Shown: positions 19,961-32,213, counted from the stretch's first letter. The stretch is 64,000 bases of DNA from Methanothermobacter tenebrarum (GCF_003264935.1 NZ_QLOE01000001.1:1-64000); one strand, 5' to 3'. The notes: generated by a model not told the origin, from the letters alone. Translations and numbers: made by a program.

Positions 19961-21703
19961 ATGAGCCACGAAGAAGTGATGAAAATCGCGAGAAAACGAG
20001 GATTCCTATGGTCATCATTTGAAATCTACTCAGGAGTGGCAGGATTCGTAGATTACGGCCCACTAGGAGCCCTATTAAAAAATAAGATCATGAACAAATG
20101 GCGAGAATACTACATAATAAAAGAAGGATTCTATGAGATGGAATCACCTACAGTAATGCCCGAAGAAGTTTTTAAGGCTTCAGGCCACGTGGACCACTTC
20201 AATGATCCGATGACACAATGCAAAGAATGCAAAGAAGTATACAGAGCAGATCACATAATCGAAGAAATTACAGGTCGGGATGTTGAAGGCTTAGAGAACC
20301 AGAAACTCACAGAAATAATCTCAGAGGAGAAGATAAGATGTCCACGTTGCGGCGGACACCTCACACACGTTTGGAGTTACAATCTCATGTTCCAGACGCT
20401 AATCGGGGCAAAAGGCAAAAAAATAGGATACCTCAGACCCGAAACAGCCCAGGGCATATTCACACCATTCAAAAGACTTCTAAGATTCTTCAGAAACAAA
20501 TTACCATTCGGTGTTGTCCAACTCGGAAAAGCTTACCGAAACGAAATATCACCCCGCCAAGGCGTCATAAGACTAAGAGAATTCACACAAGCAGAAGCAG
20601 AAATATTCGTAAACCCCAAAGAGAAGACACACCCAAGATTCCACACAATAAAAACAGAGAAACTAAGACTCCACCCAGCAGAAAACCAAGAAAAAAACAA
20701 AAAGCCCATAACAATAACTGCAGGAGAAGCCGTTGAAAAAGGCATAATATCAAGTGAACTTCTAACATACCATCTATGGTTAGCAAAAAAATTCCTAGTA
20801 GATATAGGAATACCAGAAGAGGTCATAAGATTCCGACAACACCTCCCAACAGAAATGGCTCATTATGCAATCGACTGCTGGGACGTTGAAATAAAAACCA
20901 ACAGATACGGATGGATCGAAATAATAGGCATAGCAGACAGGACAGACTACGACCTCAAATCCCATAGCGAACACAGCAAAGAAGATCTTAAAGTCTTCAT
21001 AGAATACGAAAAACCCAAAATAATAAAAAAGGAAACAATCCAAGCCAAGATGGATAAAATCGGTCCAAAGTTTAAAAAAGACGCCGCTAAGATCATAAAA
21101 GCCCTAGAAGGCCTGGACCCTAAAATCGTCAAAAAAGAACTTAAAGAAAACGGCCAATTCAAACTTGAATTAGATAAAACTTACACCCTAATAGAAGAAG
21201 ACCTTGAATTCAAAGAAGTTGAAAAAACCATAAAAGGTGAAAGGATATTCCCCCATGTAATAGAACCATCCTTTGGCATTGACAGAATAATATACTCACT
21301 CTTACTCCACTCATATAAAAAAGAGGAAGGTAGGACTTACTTTAACTTCCCAGTTGATATAGCACCAGTAGAGGTTGCAGTCCTACCCTTAATAAACAAG
21401 GAAAAACTTGTCCAATTAGCACTAAATATAAAAGAGGATCTTAGAAATAATGGTTTCATCGCAGAATTCGACGCATCAGGTACAATAGGCAGAAGATACG
21501 CTCGTATAGATGAAATAGGAGTGCCATTCGCGGTGACAGTGGATCACCAATCACTCAAAGACCATAACGTCACCCTAAGAGACAGGAACACCACAAAACA
21601 GGTCAGGATACCAATAAAAGAACTCACAAAGATCCTGGAAGATCTCTTGAAAAGACGGAAGAAATTCCAAGACCTTTCACACTCCTATAAAATCCAAAAC
21701 TAA
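19961..21703 (+). CDS. glyS: glycine-tRNA ligase (archaeal / eukaryal-type class II)
   Basis: 580 aa. N-terminus …RGFLWSSFEIYSGVAGFVDYGPLG… and class II motifs. The anticodon-binding C-terminus is present. Confidence 0.8.
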   Translation: MSHEEVMKIARKRGFLWSSFEIYSGVAGFVDYGPLGALLKNKIMNKWREYYIIKEGFYEMESPTVMPEEVFKASGHVDHFNDPMTQCKECKEVYRADHIIEEITGRDVEGLENQKLTEIISEEKIRCPRCGGHLTHVWSYNLMFQTLIGAKGKKIGYLRPETAQGIFTPFKRLLRFFRNKLPFGVVQLGKAYRNEISPRQGVIRLREFTQAEAEIFVNPKEKTHPRFHTIKTEKLRLHPAENQEKNKKPITITAGEAVEKGIISSELLTYHLWLAKKFLVDIGIPEEVIRFRQHLPTEMAHYAIDCWDVEIKTNRYGWIEIIGIADRTDYDLKSHSEHSKEDLKVFIEYEKPKIIKKETIQAKMDKIGPKFKKDAAKIIKALEGLDPKIVKKELKENGQFKLELDKTYTLIEEDLEFKEVEKTIKGERIFPHVIEPSFGIDRIIYSLLLHSYKKEEGRTYFNFPVDIAPVEVAVLPLINKEKLVQLALNIKEDLRNNGFIAEFDASGTIGRRYARIDEIGVPFAVTVDHQSLKDHNVTLRDRNTTKQVRIPIKELTKILEDLLKRRKKFQDLSHSYKIQN

Positions 21704-21717
21704 CAGGTGAAAATAGG

Positions 21718-22473
21718 ATGATAGACGCCCACATACACGCAGACACACGCCCTTATGAAGATTTCGAGAAAATGGCAATAGCAGGTATAGAGAAAACCAT
21801 AACATGCGCCCACGATCCCCTACCAATGAAAGTCTCAACAGTCACCCTTGAACACATACAACGCTTACTAGAAGTAGATACCCAACGCGCGAAAGAAAAC
21901 GGCATCAGATTATACGTAACAGCAGGAATACACCCAAGAAGCATACCCAGAGACTATAAAAATGTCATAGAAAACTTACCACAAATTCTAGAAAATAAAA
22001 GGGTCGTGGCCATAGGAGAAATCGGGATTGAAAAAGGAACCCAAGTAGAGATAAAAGTCTTGAAGGAACAATTAGAATTAGCGGATAGACTGAAAATCCC
22101 CGTGATAATACACACACCCCGCAAAAACAAGAAGAAAATGACAAAAATCCTACTCCAAGTCATAGAAGGTCATATCGACACTTCAAGAGTACTAATAGAT
22201 CACATAAATACTGAGATAATCAAAGAAGTCATCGAACATGAATCAATGCTTGGACTCACCATACAACCAGGTAAAATAACGCCATTTGAAGCTGTTATGA
22301 TCATGAGAGAATATGGTATAGACAAGTTCCTGTTAAACAGTGATATAAGTTCGGCGCCATCAGACCCGCTCTCAGTGCCGAAAACAGTCCATAAGATGCG
22401 TCTCGAAGGTTTCAATGACTCAGAAATACTTAGAGTATCCTCAAAGAACGCTGAAAAGTTCTTTAAAATATAA
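21718..22473 (+). CDS. TatD-family metal-dependent hydrolase
   Basis: 251 aa. MIDAHIHAD N-terminal His motif and TIM-barrel hydrolase pattern. Confidence 0.65.
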   Translation: MIDAHIHADTRPYEDFEKMAIAGIEKTITCAHDPLPMKVSTVTLEHIQRLLEVDTQRAKENGIRLYVTAGIHPRSIPRDYKNVIENLPQILENKRVVAIGEIGIEKGTQVEIKVLKEQLELADRLKIPVIIHTPRKNKKKMTKILLQVIEGHIDTSRVLIDHINTEIIKEVIEHESMLGLTIQPGKITPFEAVMIMREYGIDKFLLNSDISSAPSDPLSVPKTVHKMRLEGFNDSEILRVSSKNAEKFFKI

Positions 22474-22531
22474 ATTAGTTTCTGCTATCGAGGCCATCAT
22501 CCCATTATAAATCCTTTTTTTTGTTGAAAAA

Positions 22532-23371
22532 CTATATTGCACCTAATTTTTTAAGATTTTTCAAGGCACATTCATGCGCTCTTTTAAGGCAAGAATTTAA
22601 ACTTTCACCTTTGGTCCATGATGCTATAAAACCCGCGGCAAAGGCGTCACCTGCGCCGGTTGTGTCAAGAGCCTCAACTTCCTTAACTTTATACTTGACC
22701 ACATCTTTTTCTGTATAAACTTCTGCGCCTTTACTTCCTCTCGTTATCACTATTAGAGGGATCCCCTCATTGATTAGGAGATTAATACCCTCCTTGGGAG
22801 ATTTACCGGTTAAAAGTTTAAGTTCATGTTCATTGAGAAAAAGAACATCTGTATTCTGGAGTATCGGTCTTAGTGTGGACACGCCATAAGCTGCAAGGAG
22901 AGCTCCAGGCGCAAATGAAAGGAGATTCGCATGTTCAGCTACTGGGAACGCTATTTCAAGGTATGTACCCCCCAAGTGGGTGAAATCAGCCCTTGAAATA
23001 TACTCTATTTCCCTTTTTCCAATCTTAAGCTCCTTGTTCGCACCTATAAATGAGTAAATGGACCTCCTACCAGTCCCGTCCACACTTATGAATGCCATCC
23101 CAGTACTCCCAGTAGTCCTTGAAAGACCTTTTATATCGACTCCTTCATCCTTGAGTCTATTATAGATTATATCACCAAAATAATCCAGACCAACCTTTGC
23201 TATTATACCCGTTTTAAGACCATTTCTAGTGGCATGAACTGCGAAATTAAGGGCGGATCCCCCAGGTGAGAGATGTAACTTTTCAATGTTCATTTCGGTA
23301 TCAGGCTCTACAAAGGATGGAACCTTTAGGATAAAATCTATATTAGCGGTTCCCACACTTACAATATCCAA
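22532..23371 (-). CDS. PfkB-family carbohydrate/nucleoside kinase (ribokinase-like)
   Basis: 279 aa. C-terminal DTTGAGDAF anion-hole motif and N-terminal GG motif region. Confidence 0.6.
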   Translation of the reverse strand: MDIVSVGTANIDFILKVPSFVEPDTEMNIEKLHLSPGGSALNFAVHATRNGLKTGIIAKVGLDYFGDIIYNRLKDEGVDIKGLSRTTGSTGMAFISVDGTGRRSIYSFIGANKELKIGKREIEYISRADFTHLGGTYLEIAFPVAEHANLLSFAPGALLAAYGVSTLRPILQNTDVLFLNEHELKLLTGKSPKEGINLLINEGIPLIVITRGSKGAEVYTEKDVVKYKVKEVEALDTTGAGDAFAAGFIASWTKGESLNSCLKRAHECALKNLKKLGAI

Positions 23372-23395
23372 AAAAAATCCCCACCGTGGGAAAGT

Positions 23396-24175
23396 TTATC
23401 TGCGCCCTGTTAAACCTGCTATTAATTTCGCGATGATACCTCTCTTATCAGGTTCAATTGGATGGAACTCTTTACCTAATAAATCGGCGGCTAATTTCAT
23501 GATAGCATTGCTTGCAGGTGATTTAGGATTCTTTATAACTATAGGCTCTCCAAATGCTGCTGATCTACTGATTTCAGGATCTTCAGGTATAACTGCAATT
23601 ACTGGAACTTCTAGTATAGTTTCGATCTCGTCAACTGTTAGGAAGGTCTTATCATGTTGCTCTCTATTTACTACAACACCTATGATCTTAACATCTAGCT
23701 TATCTGCAATTATTTTTGTCTTGAGAACATCACTTATGGATGGGATCTCAGGAGTTGTGACAAGTAAAAGTTCCTCAGCAGCGGCAAGTGCTGCTATAGC
23801 ATCTTTTTCAAGGCCGGCGGGGGCATCAATTAATAGAATATCAGCATCTTCGATTAGATGAGATAATACCTCCTCTAAACGTTCTAATTTCACATTCCGC
23901 AGCCCTTCTAATGATATGCCGGCAGGAACTATCTTCACACCCTCTGGGCCATCGTAGATGGCATCTTCTATGTTGGCTTTGCCTGCGAGTACATCGTGTA
24001 AGGTGACTGATTTGCCTTCCATTCCAAGTACGAGTTCCAAATTGGCCATTGCGATATCTGCATCCAATACTATTACACGTTCGCCGTAACTTGCAAGTGC
24101 AACTCCTAGGTTGGCGGTTACTACTGTTTTTCCGACTCCTCCTTTACCAGAAGCGATTGTTATGACTCTTGTCAT
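23396..24175 (-). CDS. minD: MinD/ParA-family P-loop ATPase
   Basis: 259 aa. Deviant Walker [10 protein letters not shown]. MinD-like length. Confidence 0.7.
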   Translation of the reverse strand: MTRVITIASGKGGVGKTVVTANLGVALASYGERVIVLDADIAMANLELVLGMEGKSVTLHDVLAGKANIEDAIYDGPEGVKIVPAGISLEGLRNVKLERLEEVLSHLIEDADILLIDAPAGLEKDAIAALAAAEELLLVTTPEIPSISDVLKTKIIADKLDVKIIGVVVNREQHDKTFLTVDEIETILEVPVIAVIPEDPEISRSAAFGEPIVIKNPKSPASNAIMKLAADLLGKEFHPIEPDKRGIIAKLIAGLTGRR

Positions 24176-24199
24176 TTTATGCCCCCATAATTTAATCTT

Positions 24200-25081
24200 T
24201 TAATGTATTTCGATATTCACATTAAAATTTTCTATGATTTTGGGATAACCCCTGAATGTTCTTTTTATCTCCATTTCGATTATATCATTAACGTGTTCTT
24301 TTAATTCTTCTTCTTTCATAGCTCCACCCATTAAACGGGATAATAATCCTTTACTTTCACGTTCGATGAGTACTTTTATATCCCCTTCAAGTTCTGGCAA
24401 GTTTTCTAGGAAAACCATGACTTCAACACTTTTTATATCAGGTATTCCTATTATTGATTTTTTTATTTTGTTCATTAAGGTCAATTCTACCCTTTCTATA
24501 TCTATTGTAGTTATGGCGCCCCCTTTATAATTTTCAAGGACTTTTTCAACTTCTTCTTCGTCGATATCCTTCAATCCATACTTTTTCATTACTTCTTCCC
24601 TGTTCAAGGGCTTTTCTATTTTTTCTGTTTCTTCAGTGATTTCTGGGGTTTCGGGTTCTGTTGGGATTTCTTCTGTTGTTGGTGTGGGTTTTTCTTTTAC
24701 TGGTGTTATTTTTGGGCGTTCTTTTTCTTCTGTTGTTGGTGTGGGTTTTTCTATTTTGGGTGGAGTGGGTTCAAGTTTATATACCTTGTTTATATCTATT
24801 ATATAGTCTATTTGTGATTCCCTCACTTCAAATAATTCTATGATTGTGTCCATTTTGTTAATGATTTCTAGAATTTTTTCCATGGCCTTTGATTTCATGT
24901 ATCTGTCATATGAAGCTGCTATTGGGATGCCATCCTTGATTAATATGTGACCTTCGCTTGAGGCGTGGGTGACTCTGATAAATCCATTATGTTTTTTTCT
25001 GGCAAGTTTTTCTAAAAATTTATTGAAATCTAATTCATCACCATAGGAAATGTATGTTGGTCTTGTGATTGGTAATTCCAT
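24200..25081 (-). CDS. hypothetical protein with Pro/Thr/Glu-rich repetitive linker
   Basis: 293 aa. Globular N-terminal domain, an internal duplicated EKPTPTTEE segment, and a globular C-terminal domain. Lies immediately downstream of minD in the same orientation. Confidence 0.35.
   Translation of the reverse strand: MELPITRPTYISYGDELDFNKFLEKLARKKHNGFIRVTHASSEGHILIKDGIPIAASYDRYMKSKAMEKILEIINKMDTIIELFEVRESQIDYIIDINKVYKLEPTPPKIEKPTPTTEEKERPKITPVKEKPTPTTEEIPTEPETPEITEETEKIEKPLNREEVMKKYGLKDIDEEEVEKVLENYKGGAITTIDIERVELTLMNKIKKSIIGIPDIKSVEVMVFLENLPELEGDIKVLIERESKGLLSRLMGGAMKEEELKEHVNDIIEMEIKRTFRGYPKIIENFNVNIEIH
24668..24752. repeat. 27-bp direct repeat (two copies 58 bp apart) inside the coding sequence, encoding the duplicated EKPTPTTEE peptide
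   Basis: ttcttctgttgttggtgtgggtttttc occurs at about 24668 and again at about 24726. Confidence 0.6.
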
Positions 25082-25103
25082 TCACTACTCCCCTCGGAAT
25101 CTG

Positions 25104-25460
25104 CTATTCTTTTTTTATGAGTTTTATCTCTGGAGGGGTGATGATTATGATCTCTTTTTCGTTTTTACATAATAGTATGGCCTCGGCCTTTTCTGTTTCC
25201 CGTAAATTTTTTATTTTCTCCCCCGCTATTTTGAAATCTTCTAAAGATTCTGTTTTTAGGCGGCTTAGGTCTAGTATTACCGGATTTTTTTCTTCTGTTA
25301 TTTGTACTAGAACGTCATCGATGTCCTCGAGGTTTTTCGCTTTCATTAATATTATCTCATAGAAAGAATGTTCTGGTACTATGATTGTCTCGGTTTCTTC
25401 TTTTTTCTCCTCCTCGTCCAAGCCCATGGTTTCTTTTAAGAAATTTATAACATCTCGCAA
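25104..25460 (-). CDS. hypothetical small acidic protein
   Basis: 118 aa, no recognisable motif. Conserved-looking C-terminal half. Sits between the MinD-linked gene and the DUF1611-like gene. Confidence 0.3.
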   Translation of the reverse strand: MRDVINFLKETMGLDEEEKKEETETIIVPEHSFYEIILMKAKNLEDIDDVLVQITEEKNPVILDLSRLKTESLEDFKIAGEKIKNLRETEKAEAILLCKNEKEIIIITPPEIKLIKKE

Positions 25461-25461
25461 T

Positions 25462-26523
25462 TTATATCTCTCCTATATAATCTATGATGGCATCTAATAA
25501 TTTGGAGGAGCCCCCTTCTTTCACATCTGCAACTGGAAGGTTATATTGGTTTTCATATCTTTTTATTAATTTTTCTTTTATATAATCATTTATGTTTCTC
25601 AGATTTAGGGAGATGCCCACGACCTTTGTGGGTTCGACAGCTTCTATTGCTCTTATTTCTTCTTTTATGCCTCTAGGGTGCCTGTATGGGTGTCTGGGCC
25701 TGTGGCATACTATGCATGCATCTGGCATCGACCCTACTAGGATTGCGGCTGATAATCCCCTGGGATGGGGGTTTTTCCTTTCTGTTAAACTAGCTTGACT
25801 TTCAATGAATATTATATCAGGATCCTTTTTTTCTTCTATGTATTTTATTGTGCCCATTAGGGCGGCTGCGACATCCATTACAGAAAGGCTGCCTGCTCTG
25901 AAGTTGATATCAATTGGTGGCTCTAATCCCATTTCATCTGTGGATATTACCGCCGGTTTTATGCCCCTATTTTTGGCTTCGATGCCTAGCATTCTTGTGG
26001 TGGTTCGTTTGCCACATTCTTGTGAGGTTCCCCCTATGTACACTACTGGGGTTTTGGGTTTGTAATTTATTTTTGGCAAGATTTCTGTACATTTTGGTGG
26101 CGCCACTCCCATGACTTTGCGGACGTTATCCAAACGGGGGCTTATTTCTAGGATTGATACGTTCTTTTCCTGGGCGAATTTTACCAGTGACTGGTTTTCG
26201 GCGAGTGGCAGCGATCTGAATGATGTTACAACGTTTTTGCCCTCGTTTATTGCTTGGACTGCATACTTTAATGCGGTTCCTTCGGCTCCAATAGGTAACA
26301 TTATGGCAACACTCTTTGCAGGTGTCTTTTTAAGGAGTTCGAGGAGATCTGATGATACTATGGAGCCGCAGAATTCTTTTCCATGCTTTGATGGGTCGTC
26401 ATCTACAAATCCTACTGTTTCCACTCCTTCGAAGTTTGCGAATTTTTCTCCTCCACCACCGCAGCCTATTACAATGAATGGGTTGAGTTTTTGAAGTTCT
26501 TTTACAGAAGATAAGATGTACAA
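25462..26523 (-). CDS. DUF1611-like protein (Rossmann-like N-domain plus P-loop-like C-domain)
   Basis: 353 aa. N-terminal GCGGGG dinucleotide-binding-like motif. Central [13 protein letters not shown] (Walker-A-like). Confidence 0.35.
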   Translation of the reverse strand: MYILSSVKELQKLNPFIVIGCGGGGEKFANFEGVETVGFVDDDPSKHGKEFCGSIVSSDLLELLKKTPAKSVAIMLPIGAEGTALKYAVQAINEGKNVVTSFRSLPLAENQSLVKFAQEKNVSILEISPRLDNVRKVMGVAPPKCTEILPKINYKPKTPVVYIGGTSQECGKRTTTRMLGIEAKNRGIKPAVISTDEMGLEPPIDINFRAGSLSVMDVAAALMGTIKYIEEKKDPDIIFIESQASLTERKNPHPRGLSAAILVGSMPDACIVCHRPRHPYRHPRGIKEEIRAIEAVEPTKVVGISLNLRNINDYIKEKLIKRYENQYNLPVADVKEGGSSKLLDAIIDYIGEI

Positions 26524-26635
26524 AGAATCACTCCTTAATATTTTAATGTCGAAGATAATAGAAACTTTAATTAGTTATGTGTACTTACCTAATAATAAAA
26601 TGTTGATGAATATATAAATGTAGGGGATAGGTAAT

Positions 26636-26992
26636 ATGGTTGAAATGATTGAAAGAGTACTTAAAGATCTAGGTAGAATTGATGGTGTTAACGGGTCTCT
26701 GGTTGTTGGAAAGGATGGTCTCATAATAGAGAGCGAAGTCCCATCAGGTATAGATGCGGAACTTGTAGCTGCGATGGCATCAGCAGTATTCGGTACGGCT
26801 GAGAGGTCAGCCGAGGAGATACAACAAGAACCACTCGAACAGGTGACAATAGAGGGTAGTAGGGGTAAAACATTGATGATAGATGCTGGTGAGGGCATAC
26901 TTGCAGTTATAACAGATGTCGATATAAACCTTGGGCTAATAAGGCTCGAGATGAAAAGAAGCGCGGAAAGGGTGAAAGACCTACTAACATGA
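26636..26992 (+). CDS. Roadblock/LC7 (MglB-like) domain protein
   Basis: 118 aa. …[17 protein letters not shown]… is a typical roadblock-fold signature. Confidence 0.55.
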   Translation: MVEMIERVLKDLGRIDGVNGSLVVGKDGLIIESEVPSGIDAELVAAMASAVFGTAERSAEEIQQEPLEQVTIEGSRGKTLMIDAGEGILAVITDVDINLGLIRLEMKRSAERVKDLLT

Positions 26993-27063
26993 ACTTAGAT
27001 CTCCCTTTTAGTTGAAAAGATGCACTGAAACATTCAAAAGTTGGCCTTTGGAGAGTAGGGATA

Positions 27064-28022
<959 letters not shown>

Positions 28023-28026
<4 letters not shown>

Positions 28027-28577
28027 AAATTGACTGTCCATTATGTCATGGCCAAAAATCATTGGATATTAGCACGCATTTGGAGAAGATACCATATTTT
28101 GGCGAGGTCATGGAATCAACGCTTATATGTCATGAATGTGGATATCGCTACAGTGACGTTCTCTGCCTAGATCAGGGAGACCCTATGAGATACTCTTTAT
28201 GGGTTGAATCTGAAACCCTAAATGCGAGAGTGGTTAAATCACAATCAGCCACTATAAAAATACCAGAACTAGGCTTGAAAGTCGAGCCGGGGCCACGGTC
28301 TACAGCTTATATTTCAAATATTGAAGGAGTTATCGAGAGATTCCAAGCAGCTGTTAAAATGGCTTTAAAACTCTTCGAGGATGAGAAAGCCCAGGAAAGA
28401 TCCCTTAATTTACTTGAGGATCTTAAAAAGGTTAGGAATGGTGAGAAAAAGGTTAAGGTCATATTGGAGGATCCTATGGGTCAAAGCTTTATAGCTCATC
28501 CAAAGGCTTCGAAGCGCAGGTTAACCAGTGAGGAAATCAAAAAACTTAAAACAGGTTTTATAACAATCGAGAGATAG
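28023..28577 (+). CDS. ZPR1-type zinc-finger protein
   Basis: 184 aa. CPLCHG … CHECGYRY (two CxxC pairs), followed by a ZPR1-like β-rich domain. Confidence 0.5.
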
Positions 28578-28583
28578 TCTCTA

Positions 28584-28928
28584 TCATTCCTCTTTTAATC
28601 TCATTGTACGTTCAATATCCATGGACAGAGAGTCGCAGTCTGCCTTTATAGCCTCTAAGTGTTTTATTATCCTCTCTTTTTCCTTGTTTATCCTTTCTAT
28701 GTTCTTATAGGGGTAGATGCATTCTTTGAACATGTCATATTCTACTGTCGCATAGGGGTACTTGTTTAATTCTTTGCAGATTTTCGCTAATATTTCACCT
28801 AGAAATTTGTTCATCTCAACCTTGACTCTTTCCCTTATCATCTTGTCACTGTCAAGGTGTTGCTTCATAAGTCTTACAACCTCAGCCTTTGCAAATGGTA
28901 ATTCCTCTTTTTCACTCTCCTGCACCAT
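28584..28928 (-). CDS. hypothetical protein
   Basis: 114 aa, helical and charged. No motif. Confidence 0.3.
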   Translation of the reverse strand: MVQESEKEELPFAKAEVVRLMKQHLDSDKMIRERVKVEMNKFLGEILAKICKELNKYPYATVEYDMFKECIYPYKNIERINKEKERIIKHLEAIKADCDSLSMDIERTMRLKEE

Positions 28929-29071
28929 AAAATTTTACCTCCTTCTACCATATGATTAGCCTGCCGGTTATATAAATATTTGGATAATTGAAATAATCTT
29001 AAATTTTTTAAATGGGCTGGGGGTATATTTTAGAAAATATTAAAAGCAATTTTAAGCAAGATTAAAACAGG

Positions 29072-29917
29072 TCACAATTTGCTCATTTCCAAACTTAAAT
29101 CTAATACAGGCGTTGAATGTGTGATAAAACCCATTGATATCACATCAACCCCAGTAGCAGCATATTTATGAATATTATCAGGGTTTATGCCACCTGAAGC
29201 CTCGATGATAACATTATCCCTCAAGTTTTCCCTTTCAAGTGCACTGATAACATCCTTAATAACTGATGGCCTCATATTATCAAGGAGTATTATATCAGCA
29301 CCACACCTTGCAGCTAGAATAGCATCCTCAACAGACTCAACCTCTACTTCTATCTTCTTCGTGAAACTTATATAGGACCTAACCTTCCTGATAGCCTCCT
29401 CCAAATCTCCGATGAGTGAAATATGATTATCTTTTATCATAGCACAATCGTCAAGCCTGAAACGGTGAGTGTCACCCCCACCAATACGGATGGCATGTTT
29501 TTCCCACCATTGCAAGCCGGGTGTTGTCTTACGAGTTCCAGCAATTATAATCTTGGGGTTATATTTTCGCGCCCTCTGCACTAAATTATATGTGGTAGTG
29601 GCTATACCGCTCATCCTCATCATCAGATTAAGGAGGGTTCTTTCAATAAGGAGAATATGCCTTGCATCCCCTTTCATTGAGAGTATGATTTCATCCTCTC
29701 TAACCTTATCACCATCTAACTTATATGCTTTAAAGTCTAAATTGAAATCATCACATGTAATCTCTGCAACCTCAACCCCAGCTATTATACCATCATCATT
29801 GGATATGACCTCTGCCTCGGCTTCCAAGCCAACTTCTATAAGTGCGTTAGTTGTTATATCCTCAAAGCCCATATCCTCTTTTATTAATCTCCTTAACATA
29901 TCAATCAAAATGTTCAC
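29072..29917 (-). CDS. nadC: nicotinate-nucleotide pyrophosphorylase (quinolinate phosphoribosyltransferase)
   Basis: 281 aa. AGTRKTTPGL motif and QPRTase length. Confidence 0.75.
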   Translation of the reverse strand: MNILIDMLRRLIKEDMGFEDITTNALIEVGLEAEAEVISNDDGIIAGVEVAEITCDDFNLDFKAYKLDGDKVREDEIILSMKGDARHILLIERTLLNLMMRMSGIATTTYNLVQRARKYNPKIIIAGTRKTTPGLQWWEKHAIRIGGGDTHRFRLDDCAMIKDNHISLIGDLEEAIRKVRSYISFTKKIEVEVESVEDAILAARCGADIILLDNMRPSVIKDVISALERENLRDNVIIEASGGINPDNIHKYAATGVDVISMGFITHSTPVLDLSLEMSKL

Positions 29918-29971
29918 CCTCCCTTTATGATATATTAACGATGGGATTATAAACCTTTTACAAAGGCTGGT

Positions 29972-30901
29972 GTGATAAAAATGGAATTAATATTCCTCGG
30001 AACCTCGGCAGCAATACCCTCAAAGAAAAGAAACCATACCGCAATAGCTTTAAAAGCATTCGGTGAAGTGTTCCTATTCGATTGTGGAGAGGGGACTCAG
30101 CGGCAGATGGCGAAGGCAAAGGTAAGTCCAATGAAGATAGAAAAAATATTCATAAGCCATTTACATGGGGACCACCTCCTAGGTTTGCCTGGGATGATCC
30201 AGACAATGGCATTCCGTGGGAGAGAAGAACCCTTACACATATTCGGCCCAGCAGGCCTCAAGGAAATGCTTGAGGCGGCGATGAAACTTGGATATTTTTC
30301 AATGAACTTTGACGTTTATGTGCATGAGATAAGTGCTGGTAAGATCATAGAAAAGGAAGAATATGTTATAAGTTGTGTTGAGACAGAGCACACAGTACCT
30401 AACCTATCATATTGTTTCGAGGAAAAGAAAAAGCCTAGGTTTTTAAGGGATAAGGCTATAAAGTTGGGTTTAAGACCTGGACCAGCATTTGGGAAGCTCC
30501 ATAGGGGCATCCCAGTACGTTTAGGTGACAGGATCATAAGACCGGAAGAGGTTCTTGGAAAACCACGGAAGGGTATTAAAATAACATATTCAGGTGATAC
30601 AAGACCATCCGAGAATCTTGTAAAATTGGCTAAAAATTCCCATATACTCATCCATGAAGCCACATTCGAAGCAGGTAAAGAAGATAAAGCTCTTGAAACT
30701 GGACACTCCACCGCTTCTGAGGCTGCTGAGATCGCTAAAGAATCCAATGTGAAAAACCTGATCTTAACACACCTTAGCACCCGTTATAAACGATCTGATA
30801 TTATCGAAAAGGCGGCCAGGGAAATATTTAAGAATACTATAGTAGCCTATGACCTCATGTCTGTTGAGGTGAGGAAATATGCAACCGAAGATGATAATTG
30901 A
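29972..30901 (+). CDS. rnz: ribonuclease Z (tRNA 3'-processing endonuclease)
   Basis: 309 aa. Metallo-β-lactamase motif ISHLHGDH and tRNase Z short-form layout. Confidence 0.75.
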   Translation: MIKMELIFLGTSAAIPSKKRNHTAIALKAFGEVFLFDCGEGTQRQMAKAKVSPMKIEKIFISHLHGDHLLGLPGMIQTMAFRGREEPLHIFGPAGLKEMLEAAMKLGYFSMNFDVYVHEISAGKIIEKEEYVISCVETEHTVPNLSYCFEEKKKPRFLRDKAIKLGLRPGPAFGKLHRGIPVRLGDRIIRPEEVLGKPRKGIKITYSGDTRPSENLVKLAKNSHILIHEATFEAGKEDKALETGHSTASEAAEIAKESNVKNLILTHLSTRYKRSDIIEKAAREIFKNTIVAYDLMSVEVRKYATEDDN

Positions 30902-31610
30902 AGGTTTAGTCATTATAGGGGTTACAATATTCGCCACATTAGTTATAACAAGGTGGATTTCGCGTCTGCTTTACAAAAGCGCGAAAAAATGGGAATTAGA
31001 TTTAACAGTAATACATGTGTTAAATGATATAATAAAATACACCTTATATATATTAGCAGTGGCCATAATCTTGAAATGGTTCGGGATCGATCTTACCGGG
31101 CTAATTTTAAGTATAGGGATAGTAGGTGTTGCAGTAGGCTTCGCTGCTAGAGATACATTAGCAAATTTTATATCAGGACTTTTCATACTTGCAGATAAAA
31201 GTTTCAAGATTGGTGACGTCATCGAAATTTCCAACCAAAAAGGTACCGTTATAAAAATGGGTTTCAGGACAACAACAATATGCACTCCTGACAATAAAAT
31301 TATAACAATACCAAATTCTTCTTTTTCAAAAAACCCCTATGTTAATTATACAGCGTCCCATAAGCGTAGGATAGATCTCAAGGTAAACATACCCCTGGAG
31401 GTTGATATAAAAGAATTTGAAGAAAAGATAAAAGAGATAATCAGTAAAATAGATGGTCTCTTACCAGAACCAGAACCTAATCTCATCATATTGGAGATTG
31501 CAGATACTGGTATAATCGCTAAAGTAACAGCTTGGACTGACAAAACAGATAAAGTTGTCTATTACAAGTCTATAATAGGAGAAAATATCAAAAAACTTAT
31601 TAAAAGGTGA
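30879..31610 (+). CDS. small-conductance mechanosensitive channel (MscS family)
   Basis: 243 aa. Three N-terminal TM helices, then an MscS β-domain (…GDVIEISNQKGTVIKMGFRTTTI…). Confidence 0.6.
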   Translation: MQPKMIIEGLVIIGVTIFATLVITRWISRLLYKSAKKWELDLTVIHVLNDIIKYTLYILAVAIILKWFGIDLTGLILSIGIVGVAVGFAARDTLANFISGLFILADKSFKIGDVIEISNQKGTVIKMGFRTTTICTPDNKIITIPNSSFSKNPYVNYTASHKRRIDLKVNIPLEVDIKEFEEKIKEIISKIDGLLPEPEPNLIILEIADTGIIAKVTAWTDKTDKVVYYKSIIGENIKKLIKR

Positions 31611-31613
31611 AAA

Positions 31614-32201
31614 ATGAGAAAATACAAAATATACTCAATAATTATAATCATCATTTCTATAATGATATCATCCCTCATTATAATAAAAGGGTGCCATGAC
31701 ATTGAAAAGGTGGAAACTTCACAACGCCACCTCGAAGAGTACAAGAAAGCCCCAAAAGAACTTTTAAACCCAGAAATACACACTAATACAGGGTATACTG
31801 TCATAGGGAAACTGATAATACCCAGCATAGGCTTGGAAGCTTGGATAAGAGAAGACACAGTTAACGCCTATGATTCGGTCTACCATTACCCTGAAAGCGT
31901 AATGCCGGGAGAACCCGGAGATTGCGGCCTACTCGGACATAGAACAAGATATTCAGGGCCATTCCAATTAATAGGAAACTTAAAGCCAGGAGACATAGTG
32001 ATAATAGAGGACTTCATAACCTCCAAAAAATACACATACAAGGTAATATCCAATGGTGAAGATATAAGATGGGACTACAAAGAAAATCCTATAAGATTCG
32101 CACAGACAGGAAAAGCAAGACTAATGCTCATAACATGTTACCCTCCAGGGAGAACAGATGCTGCGTGGATAACATACTGCGAACTTATAAACACTCAATA
32201 A
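31614..32201 (+). CDS. sortase-family transpeptidase
   Basis: 195 aa. N-terminal TM anchor, LLGHRTRY (conserved His), LMLITCYPPGR (TLxTC Cys followed by Arg). Confidence 0.6.
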   Translation: MRKYKIYSIIIIIISIMISSLIIIKGCHDIEKVETSQRHLEEYKKAPKELLNPEIHTNTGYTVIGKLIIPSIGLEAWIREDTVNAYDSVYHYPESVMPGEPGDCGLLGHRTRYSGPFQLIGNLKPGDIVIIEDFITSKKYTYKVISNGEDIRWDYKENPIRFAQTGKARLMLITCYPPGRTDAAWITYCELINTQ

Positions 32202-32213
32202 GAGGTTTTTAAA

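Noticed and set aside
24650-24760. 27-bp direct repeats
   Set aside because: They are coding and duplicate a Pro/Thr/Glu linker peptide (EKPTPTTEE). This is not a mobile element or CRISPR. Kept only as a repeat feature.
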